From the NCBI GenBank assembly GCA_963725905.1, contig CAVSAG010000003.1, positions 193,546-257,545 of the forward strand: DNA of 64,000 bases, in the 5' to 3' direction. The DNA comes from an uncultured Pseudomonadota bacterium. Lineage in GTDB: Bacteria; Myxococcota_A; Polyangia; Fen-1088. The notes under the pieces were generated by a model. That model did no database searches, had not been told where the DNA came from, and saw nothing but the letters and a program-made list of their open reading frames with translations. Below are positions 46,602 to 54,347 of the stretch, in pieces; position 1 is the first letter of the stretch, and every line of letters starts with the position of its first letter. Made by a program: the position numbers and the translations under genes.

Positions 46602-49034
46602 ATGCGTTTTGGATACTTCGACGACAAGAACCGCGAATACGTCATCACCACGCCGAAGACCCCCTACCCGTGGATCAACTACCTCGGGTCGGAGAACTTC
46701 TTCGCGCTGGTCTCTCACCGCGCCGGCGGTTACTGCTTCTATCGCGACGCGCGCCTGCGGCGTCTCATGCGCTACCGCTACAACAACGTCCCCACCGACG
46801 TGGGCGGGCGCTACTTCTACATCAATGACGGCGGCGACGTCTGGAACCCCAGCTTCGCGCCGACCAAGGCCGCCCTCGACAGCTTCGAGTGCCGGCACGG
46901 CCTCGGCTACACGCGCATCACCGGCGAGCGCAAGGGCGTGCGCGCGTCACTGCTCATGTTCGTGCCGCAAGGGCACACCGCCGAGGTGCACGAGCTGCGG
47001 ATCAAGAACACCACCGCCGGTCCCAAGAGCCTGAAGGTCTTCTCCTTCATCGAGTGGTGCCTCTGGAACGCCTACGACGACATGACCAACTACCAGCGCA
47101 ACTTCTCGACCGGCGAGGTCGAGATCGAGCGCGGCGGCAGCACCCTCTATCACAAGACCGAGTACCGCGAGCGGCGCGACCACTACGCGTTCTACAACGT
47201 GAACGCCGAGGTCGCGGGCTTCGACACCGACCGCGAGACCTTCTTCGGCCTCTACAACGACTGGAGTGCCCCCGACGTCGCCCTCAAGGGCGTCTCGTCC
47301 AAGTCGGTCGCCAGCGGCTGGTCGCCCATCGCCTCGCACGGCCTCGACGTCGATCTCGCGCCCGGCGAAGAGAAGACCTTCGTCTTCACTCTCGGCTACG
47401 TGGAGGTTCCGCGCGCCGACAAGTGGGAGAAGCCGGGCGTCATCAACAAGAAGCCGGCGCACGCTCTGATCGAGAAGTTCTCTACCCCGGAGCAGGTCGC
47501 CGCGGCGATGAAGGGGCTCAGCGACCACTGGTCGCGGCTGCTCTCGAACTACTCCATCGAGTCGACCGACGAGAAGCTGAACCGGACGGTCAACATCTGG
47601 AACCCCTACCAGTGCATGGTCACCTTCAACATGTCGCGCAGCGCCTCGTACTTCGAGACGGGGATCGGCCGCGGGATGGGGTTCCGTGACTCGAATCAGG
47701 ACCTGCTCGGGTTCGTCCACTTGGTGCCGGAGCGCGCGCGCGAGCGGATCATCGACATCGCCTCCACGCAGTTCCCCGACGGCAGCGCCTACCACCAGTA
47801 CCAGCCGCTCACCAAGCGCGGCAACAACGACGTCGGCAGCGGGTTCAACGACGATCCCCTCTGGCTGATCTTTGGCGTGGCCGCCTACATTCGGGAGACC
47901 GGCGACTACGGGATCCTCGACGAGCAGGTCCCGTTCGACAACGATCCCAAGACCAAGACGTCGCTGTTCGAGCACCTGAAGCGGTCTTTCAATTACACGC
48001 TCAACAACCTGGGGCCGCACGGGCTGCCGCTCATCGGCCGCGCCGACTGGAACGACTGCCTCAACCTGAACTGCTTCTCCGAGACGCCGGACGAGTCGTT
48101 CCAGACGACCGGCAACAAGACCGGCCGCACCGCGGAGTCGGTCTTCATCGCCGGCATGTTCGTGGGCGTGGCGCCCGACTACGCGTTCCTCGCCGAGAAG
48201 CTCGGCTTCGCCGACGAGGCGAAGAAGGCGCGGGGCGAATCCTCGAAGATGAACGACACCATCCTCAAGCACGGCTGGGACGGCGAGTGGTTCCTGCGCG
48301 CCTACGACTTCTTCGGCAACAAGGTCGGCAGCAAGGAAAACAAGGAGTCGCAGATCTTCATCGAGCCGCAGGGCTTCTGCGTCATGGCCGGCGTCGGCGT
48401 CGAGGGGGGCCAGGCAAAGAAAGCGCTCGACTCGGTCAAGGAGCGGCTCGACACCAAGTACGGCATCGTCCTCAACAACCCGCCCTACAGCGAGTACCAC
48501 GTCGAGCTGGGCGAGATCTCCTCGTACCCGCAGGGCTACAAGGAGAACGCCGGCATCTTCTGCCACAACAACCCCTGGGTGATCATCGCCGAGACCGTCG
48601 TCGGCCGCGGCGACCGCGCCTTCGACTACTGGAAGAAGATCGCCCCCGCGTACCTCGAGGAGCAGAGCGAGGTCCACCGCCTCGAGCCGTACGTCTACGC
48701 CCAGATGATCGCTGGCAAGGACGCCGTCCGCCACGGCGAGGCCAAGAACTCCTGGCTGACCGGGACCGCGGCCTGGAACTTCGTGGCCGTCTCGCAGTAC
48801 CTGCTCGGCGTGCGCCCCGACTTCGACGGCCTGCGCGTCCACCCCTGCATGGGCGGCGAGGTCGGCAAGTTCACCGTCACCCGCAAGTGCCGCGGCGCCG
48901 AGTACCGCATCAACGTGAAGAACAGCGGACAAGGTGGGGCTCCGAAGCTGACGGTCGACGGCAAGCCCGTCGCCGGCGACCTGGTCCCCTACGCCAAGCC
49001 CGGCTCGACCGTCATCGTCGACTGCGAGGTCTGA
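46602..49034 (+). CDS. GH94 cellobiose (or chitobiose/cellodextrin) phosphorylase, cytoplasmic
   Basis: 810 aa with no signal peptide. [29 protein letters not shown] ... GFRDSNQD ... [11 protein letters not shown] ... [12 protein letters not shown]. Confidence 0.93.
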   Translation: MRFGYFDDKNREYVITTPKTPYPWINYLGSENFFALVSHRAGGYCFYRDARLRRLMRYRYNNVPTDVGGRYFYINDGGDVWNPSFAPTKAALDSFECRHGLGYTRITGERKGVRASLLMFVPQGHTAEVHELRIKNTTAGPKSLKVFSFIEWCLWNAYDDMTNYQRNFSTGEVEIERGGSTLYHKTEYRERRDHYAFYNVNAEVAGFDTDRETFFGLYNDWSAPDVALKGVSSKSVASGWSPIASHGLDVDLAPGEEKTFVFTLGYVEVPRADKWEKPGVINKKPAHALIEKFSTPEQVAAAMKGLSDHWSRLLSNYSIESTDEKLNRTVNIWNPYQCMVTFNMSRSASYFETGIGRGMGFRDSNQDLLGFVHLVPERARERIIDIASTQFPDGSAYHQYQPLTKRGNNDVGSGFNDDPLWLIFGVAAYIRETGDYGILDEQVPFDNDPKTKTSLFEHLKRSFNYTLNNLGPHGLPLIGRADWNDCLNLNCFSETPDESFQTTGNKTGRTAESVFIAGMFVGVAPDYAFLAEKLGFADEAKKARGESSKMNDTILKHGWDGEWFLRAYDFFGNKVGSKENKESQIFIEPQGFCVMAGVGVEGGQAKKALDSVKERLDTKYGIVLNNPPYSEYHVELGEISSYPQGYKENAGIFCHNNPWVIIAETVVGRGDRAFDYWKKIAPAYLEEQSEVHRLEPYVYAQMIAGKDAVRHGEAKNSWLTGTAAWNFVAVSQYLLGVRPDFDGLRVHPCMGGEVGKFTVTRKCRGAEYRINVKNSGQGGAPKLTVDGKPVAGDLVPYAKPGSTVIVDCEV

Positions 49035-49037
49035 GCC

Positions 49038-49439
49038 TCAGTCTCTGATGACCTTGAGAGGGCGCACCGAGGCGATCCGGTCGAAGTCCCGGTCATCGTG
49101 AAGCAGGGTCGCGCCGTTCTCGAGCGCCTGTGCGGCGATGAGGCAATCGATCGTGCTTCGCACCGTGACGCCCCGCCGCCGACAGTCGAAGAAGATGCGC
49201 GCGGCTTCGCGGTAGGAGTCCGTCGCATGCAGCGGAACGAGGAGACGTTGCGTTCCAAGGTACTCGTCGAGCAGTCGCCACTCTCTCTCATTTCGGGCAC
49301 CCTGCAGCAGCTCTTGAAAACAGACGGCCGGGATGGAGAACGGCACCTGATCCTCTTCCAGCTGGGCCAACCGCTCTGCGCCGGGCGTCGCGTCACCGCG
49401 CAGGAAGCCGACCAGGATCGACGTATCGACGACGATCAT
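49038..49439 (-). CDS. vapC: PIN-domain toxin VapC
   Basis: MIVVDTSILV ... DCLIAAQA ... LLHDDRDFDRI. The stop lies 3 nt from the GH94 stop. Confidence 0.9.
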   Translation of the reverse strand: MIVVDTSILVGFLRGDATPGAERLAQLEEDQVPFSIPAVCFQELLQGARNEREWRLLDEYLGTQRLLVPLHATDSYREAARIFFDCRRRGVTVRSTIDCLIAAQALENGATLLHDDRDFDRIASVRPLKVIRD

Positions 49440-49654
49440 GGCTGCCGCGTGCGCGCAGCCTTGTAGTCGTAGCTCGGATCGAAGCGAATCTTGCCGCGCA
49501 GCGCGGAGAGTGGCCGCCGCCGCTTGGCGTCGACCAGGGCCTGCAGCCCGTCATGGACGAGGATGCGCTTGGTGCGAATTCCCGTCAGACGGCTGGCCTC
49601 GGCGAGCAGGTCGACGTCGAGCTCGATGTTCGTGCGCACCGTGTGCCTCTTCAT
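49436..49654 (-). CDS. vapB: VapB-type antitoxin (DUF2191/RHH-like)
   Basis: MKRHTVRTNIELDVDLLAEASRLTGIRTKRILVHDGLQALV. ATGA overlap with vapC. Alternative starts at 49660 and 49666. Confidence 0.8.
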   Translation of the reverse strand: MKRHTVRTNIELDVDLLAEASRLTGIRTKRILVHDGLQALVDAKRRRPLSALRGKIRFDPSYDYKAARTRQP

Positions 49655-49699
49655 ACACATGAGCATACACCACGAGGACGCGACCTTCAGGCAGGACCC

Positions 49700-49740
49700 A
49701 AAAAAAAGGCCACCCGCGGACGAGCCGGGGGTGGCCTTTT
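49700..49740 (-). terminator. Intrinsic terminator of the 49783..50736 gene (A8/T4 flanks, potentially bidirectional)
   Basis: AAAAAAAA-GGCCACCC-loop-GGGTGGCC-TTTT. On the minus strand the stem is followed by T8. Confidence 0.78.
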
Positions 49741-49782
49741 GTCGTGGCCGCGCGATCTCTCGCGCGGCCGCTCGCGCGCTGA

Positions 49783-50736
49783 CTATTTGGGGATGAGCGC
49801 CAGGTTGGCGACGCAGAACGAGTACGGCGTCGCCGAGGTGGTGTTGGTGAACACCTGGAACTGGATCGCCTGCACGGCGTTCACGGAGAACGGGTACAGG
49901 GTCAGGTCGACGGGCGGGTTCTGGCCGCTCAGGTAGGCCGGGCCCCCGACGTCGGTCCAAAGAACGGTGTTCTCCGTCACCGCGCCGGCCGGCGAGGTCA
50001 GCGGCGAGGACGACTTCATCGCGCCCATCCAGTAGGGGGAGTCGGTCATGTGCTGGGTCTGGTTCGGGAAGTTGACCCGCATGGCCATGGACGGCGGCCC
50101 GGCGCCGTTGGAGATTGGCGGCGTCGTCGACGCCGGGAAGGCGTAGAACTGGAAGTAGATGCCCTTGTAGGCGCTCAGGTCGAGGTAGCCCTTCACGCCG
50201 GCGTCGCCGCCCGGGTTGTTGAAGTCGAGGCCGATGCCCGCGCCCCAGAGGTCGGTGTAGTCGGCCGCGCTGCCCTTGTTCAAGACCACCGCCGCGGTTC
50301 CGGAGGTGCACATCGCGCTGGTGGCGACGTCAGCCGGCGGGAACGGCTGTCCAGCGGCCGGGGTGTCGATCTGCGAGCAAGCCGACGGGGAAAACATGCC
50401 CTTCTTGACGCAGTCGCTGTCCGCGTTGTCGGCGCCGAGCGCGACGCTTGCGCCGCTGCCGACGCCATCGCCGTAGGCGTACCACGCCCCGGTGACGCCG
50501 GTGGTCGTGTCCTCGACGAACCCGGTCGGGTTGGAAGGCAGCGGGAGGTAACCGGTCGGGATCGGGATGCTGTTGCCGCCGCCACCGCCGGCGCCGGAGC
50601 CGCCGGTGCCGGTGGAGCCGCCGGTCTTGCCGCCGCCGCTGCTGCAGGCGCCGCCGACGACCGTCAGCGCGCCGGCGCCGACGAGCATCAGCGTGCTCGC
50701 CAAACCGCTAATGAAGAGATACGACATTTTTTTCAT
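49783..50736 (-). CDS. Lipoprotein with a Gly-rich linker and a CBM-like beta-sandwich
   Basis: Lipobox VVGGAC. GFVEDTTTGVTGAWYAYGD ... YFQFYA ... VQAIQFQVFT. Same family pattern as 45694..46479 and 61200..62117. Confidence 0.78.
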   Translation of the reverse strand: MKKMSYLFISGLASTLMLVGAGALTVVGGACSSGGGKTGGSTGTGGSGAGGGGGNSIPIPTGYLPLPSNPTGFVEDTTTGVTGAWYAYGDGVGSGASVALGADNADSDCVKKGMFSPSACSQIDTPAAGQPFPPADVATSAMCTSGTAAVVLNKGSAADYTDLWGAGIGLDFNNPGGDAGVKGYLDLSAYKGIYFQFYAFPASTTPPISNGAGPPSMAMRVNFPNQTQHMTDSPYWMGAMKSSSPLTSPAGAVTENTVLWTDVGGPAYLSGQNPPVDLTLYPFSVNAVQAIQFQVFTNTTSATPYSFCVANLALIPK

Positions 50737-50956
50737 TTGCTAGGCCTCGTGTGCTTTCGTTGGAGTTCTGGGGGGTCTGGGGTGGAGCAACCGCAGTGCC
50801 CCCGAAAAACTCGGGGCACCCTGAAAAAGAGGTGTAGTATCTTCCCCGACCTTTGCCCCGTCAAGACCGAGGCGGCGCCTCTCCACGGCGAGGTGCTCCG
50901 GACCCGCGGGACGTCCGTCAGCATTTGCTAACAGCACTAGTTTAGGAGGCTTCCGA

Positions 50957-52237
50957 ATGTCGCGCCGCTTCGGCCTGGTTGGACTTCTGGTGGGACTTTC
51001 GTCACTGGGCTGCGCCGCCGCCGCGACCGGGGGAGGCAGCGGGGGCTCGTCCGGCGGCAGCAGCGGCACGGGGACCGGCGGCACCGGCAACGCGAGCGTC
51101 ATGAACGATCCGTCGACCTACTCGCAGAACTCCGGCTCGAGCGCGGCGTTTCCCTTCCCGCAGGGGCACTCCTTGATGCCGAACTGCAACTTCCCGGTCT
51201 ACAACACCGACACCGTCGAGCAGGCCTACCTGAACTGGAAGTCGGCGTTCTATTCTAGCGGCAAGGTGGTCCGGCCCGAGAACGGAGGAGACACCGTCTC
51301 CGAAGCGATCGGCTACGGCATGCTCATCGGCGTGTTCATGAACGACCAGCCGATGTTCGACTCGCTCTGGAGCTACGCCAAGGGGAAGTTCAATCCGAAT
51401 CACCTGATGCAGTGGTGCCAGGGGACGGGTCAGACGAACAGCTGCAACACCAGCACGAGCTCGGCCACCGACGGCGACGAGGACATGGCCTACGCGCTGC
51501 TGATGGCCAGCAAGCAATGGAGCGGCGGCAGCTACGCCTCCGACGCGACGGCGCTGATCGGGAACATCTTCGCGCACGAGGTGAGCGGCAACATCCTCCT
51601 GGCCGGCGACAGCTTCGGCAGCGGCGGCCCCAACCAGCTCGATCCCTCCTACTTCGCGCCGTCGTACTACCGAGCCTTCGCCAGCGTCGATTCGAGCCAC
51701 GACTGGATGGGCGTCCTCAACGAGTGCTACACGATCCTGGCCGCCGCTTCGGGGACCTATGGACTGGTTCCCAACTGGGTCAGCCAGAACGGCACCGGGA
51801 CCGGCGCGGTCGACTCCACGCACGGGATCTATTTCGGCTACGACGCCTGCCGCACGCCGTTCCGCATCGGCATGGACTACTGCCTCAACAATGACGGAGA
51901 CGCGCAGATGTACGCCGGGAAGATCTCGGGGTTCTACGGCTCGAAGGCGACCGCCACCTCGCTGTCGCAGATCGTCGACGGCTATACGACCAGCGGCGGC
52001 GCCCCGCCGTACACGACCTACGCGGCGGGGACGGCCTTCCTCGGTCCCGCGGGCGTCGGTGCGATGGCGGCCGGCGACAGCGCGACCAGTCTGCGAGACC
52101 TCGCCTACAAGACCGTCGTCGCGGAGACCACCAGCAACGCGATGAAGGTGCCCGGGACGTTCACCTACTATCACGCCTCCTGGGGCGTGCTGTCGCTGAT
52201 GGCGATGTCCGGCAACTTCTGGGACATGACCCAGTAG
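50957..52237 (+). CDS. GH8 endo-beta-1,4-glucanase (lipoprotein)
   Basis: AGGAGG RBS and lipobox SSLGC. Catalytic Glu context TVSEAIGYGML. GH8 signature ATDGDEDMAYALLMASKQW. Confidence 0.9.
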   Translation: MSRRFGLVGLLVGLSSLGCAAAATGGGSGGSSGGSSGTGTGGTGNASVMNDPSTYSQNSGSSAAFPFPQGHSLMPNCNFPVYNTDTVEQAYLNWKSAFYSSGKVVRPENGGDTVSEAIGYGMLIGVFMNDQPMFDSLWSYAKGKFNPNHLMQWCQGTGQTNSCNTSTSSATDGDEDMAYALLMASKQWSGGSYASDATALIGNIFAHEVSGNILLAGDSFGSGGPNQLDPSYFAPSYYRAFASVDSSHDWMGVLNECYTILAAASGTYGLVPNWVSQNGTGTGAVDSTHGIYFGYDACRTPFRIGMDYCLNNDGDAQMYAGKISGFYGSKATATSLSQIVDGYTTSGGAPPYTTYAAGTAFLGPAGVGAMAAGDSATSLRDLAYKTVVAETTSNAMKVPGTFTYYHASWGVLSLMAMSGNFWDMTQ

Positions 52238-52268
52238 CGGCCCGCGCCGGTGGTAGAATGGCTGCGAT

Positions 52269-52517
52269 ATGAGCCGCAGCGGATCCCGATCTCGTCGCGT
52301 AGGGAAGAGGTCCAGCGTGCGCATGCGCAACGAGCCGACTTTGCCTCCGGCCGAGCTGGTCGCTCGTCTCGAGGATCTCCGCCGCCGGGTGGAACCCCTC
52401 GTTCCGGGCGTCGACCCGGGGGACCTCCTCCTGATTCTGGAGAACATGATTCGCGGCCCCGGCTCCGGCAGGGCCCTCTTCTTGCGTCAGGCGCGCAGCG
52501 GCGTCTACGTCGTCTGA
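52269..52517 (+). CDS. Small protein of unknown function, upstream partner of the nucleotidyltransferase
   Basis: 82-aa ORF (the likely start is at the internal MRNEP). Its stop lies 3 nt before the next ATG. Confidence 0.5.
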   Translation: MSRSGSRSRRVGKRSSVRMRNEPTLPPAELVARLEDLRRRVEPLVPGVDPGDLLLILENMIRGPGSGRALFLRQARSGVYVV

Positions 52518-52520
52518 TCG

Positions 52521-53009
52521 ATGTCTCCCGACGAGGATTTCGTCCGCGAGCTCGTGAGGGCCATGCGGGCGGTCCGGCTGGAGGGGATCCTGATCGGGTC
52601 GGGCGCCGCCATTCTCCAGGGCGTTCCGCTGCTGACCGAGGACATCGACCTCCTCGTGCGGGACACGCCGGCCGTCAGGAAGAAGCTCGAGCGATTGGCC
52701 GAGGAGATGGGGGGCGCATGGGTCGAGATCTCGCCGCTCACGCGCGCTCGCCGGTTGGTCGGCCTTCGCGTCGGCGTGGACGTTCTGTTCGATGAGATCG
52801 CCGGGGATCTGAAGTTCGAGTCGCTTAGATCGCGCGCGCGCGGAATCCGGCTGGGCAACCAGGTCGTCGTGGCAGCCGCGCTCGAGGACATCGTCCGGTC
52901 AAAGACCGCGGCGAACCGCGCGAAGGATCGGGCTCAGCTCCCGATCCTCGAGGACACGCTTCGCGTTCAAGCGGCGGCGCGCCGGGTAGCCACCAAGAAG
53001 AAGCGCTGA
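52521..53009 (+). CDS. Minimal nucleotidyltransferase-fold protein (DUF6036-like)
   Basis: LIGSGAAILQGVPLLTEDIDLLV (GS-x-DxD NTase motif). C-terminal LEDIVRSKTAANRAKDRAQLPILE. Confidence 0.7.
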   Translation: MSPDEDFVRELVRAMRAVRLEGILIGSGAAILQGVPLLTEDIDLLVRDTPAVRKKLERLAEEMGGAWVEISPLTRARRLVGLRVGVDVLFDEIAGDLKFESLRSRARGIRLGNQVVVAAALEDIVRSKTAANRAKDRAQLPILEDTLRVQAAARRVATKKKR

Positions 53010-53014
53010 CGGCG

Positions 53015-54283
53015 CTACATCTGCGAGTAGTCGAGGAAGTTCCCCGACATCATCAGCATGGTGACGACCCGCAGTGACTGCGGGAAGTAGGCGTCGTTGC
53101 CGTTGCCGGGGTTGCTGACGCCGAAGTTGAAGGCGCCGTCGGTCAGGCCGGGCCAGCCCGCCATCCCGGCGACGCCGGCCGGGCCAATGAAGGCCATGTT
53201 GTGATTGCCGCTGGTCTGCGCGCCGTTCGCGCTGTACCCGTCGCCGATGTTCGCGGCGCCGACGCCGTTGAAGAACGGCCCGACCTTGTTCAGATAGTCG
53301 AGCGCGCGCTGCTCGCCGTTGAAGCAGTAGTCCATCGCGATCCGCCAGGGCGTGCGGCAGGCGTCATAGGTGTAGTTGGGGCTGCAGTTCATGCAGCTGC
53401 TCGAGTTGGTGGCGATCATGTCCTGGAAGTTGCTGGCGTCGGGGACCAGGCCGTCCGAGCCGGTGACGTTCGCCAGGTGCTGGTAGATCCGGGGGATGAC
53501 GATGTTCGTCCAGTAGGTGTCGTGGGTCGCCTTGTCGAACACGCGGTAGTACGCGGGCGAGAAGTAATCGTGGTGCAGCATGTTGGCGGTGTTGGAGTTG
53601 TCGCCGATCTCGACGGTGCCGTCGCTGAGCAGCGAGTTGTTCCGCATGGCGCTGATCATGGTGACGGCGGTCGGCAGGTAGGTCGACGAGCTCCACTGGT
53701 CCGAGGCCATCAAGAGCGCCCAGATGATGTCCTCGTCGCCGTCCGACGCCGAGTAGGTGCCGACGGTGTTGCCGCTCGCGTCCATGCACCAGTTCATCAG
53801 CCCCTTCGAGTCGAGGTGCGCATTCGCGTAGGCCAGCAGGCCGTCGAACGTCGACTGGTCGGCCATGTAGACGGCGGCCAGCATGCCGTAGCCGATCCCT
53901 TCCGAGACGGTCCCGTTCGTGACGGATGTGGCGCCGCATTTGAGCTGCTGCGGATCGATGACGCGCTTCGCGCCGGAGGGGGCGCCGCTGGAGGTGACGT
54001 AGGTGTTCAACCAGCTGTTGTAGGCGGTCTGCGTCTGGGAGGCGGCGTTGCCCACCGACGTCAGCGCGCAGGCGCCCGAGGTCTTGTTCTGGGGGAACCC
54101 GTACCCGACGCCGGTGCCGAGGCCGGCGGGCAGACCGCCGCCGCTCCCCGTCGAACCGCCGCTCGAGCTGCCGCCGGTGGAGCCGCCGGAGGAGCCGCCA
54201 GAGCCGCCGCTGTCGCTCGGTTTCGCGCAGGCGCCCAGGGCCAGGGCAGTGAAAGCCAAGAAGAGGACACGACGAACGGGCAT
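53015..54283 (-). CDS. GH8 endo-beta-1,4-glucanase (lipoprotein), second paralog
   Basis: Lipobox ALGAC. TVSEGIGYGML. SASDGDEDIIWALLMASDQW. Confidence 0.9.
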   Translation of the reverse strand: MPVRRVLFLAFTALALGACAKPSDSGGSGGSSGGSTGGSSSGGSTGSGGGLPAGLGTGVGYGFPQNKTSGACALTSVGNAASQTQTAYNSWLNTYVTSSGAPSGAKRVIDPQQLKCGATSVTNGTVSEGIGYGMLAAVYMADQSTFDGLLAYANAHLDSKGLMNWCMDASGNTVGTYSASDGDEDIIWALLMASDQWSSSTYLPTAVTMISAMRNNSLLSDGTVEIGDNSNTANMLHHDYFSPAYYRVFDKATHDTYWTNIVIPRIYQHLANVTGSDGLVPDASNFQDMIATNSSSCMNCSPNYTYDACRTPWRIAMDYCFNGEQRALDYLNKVGPFFNGVGAANIGDGYSANGAQTSGNHNMAFIGPAGVAGMAGWPGLTDGAFNFGVSNPGNGNDAYFPQSLRVVTMLMMSGNFLDYSQM

Positions 54284-54347
54284 GCAGAGCTCCTTCTCGG
54301 AAGTCTAAGATCGTCTACGTTATCATGTGTTACCGGGACACGTGCCG

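Noticed and set aside
50900-50956. A sigma-54 type promoter (GG-N10-GC) upstream of the first GH8 gene.
   Set aside because: The spacing can be forced, but the TGGCAC and TTGC elements are not both present. Only the AGGAGG RBS is convincing.
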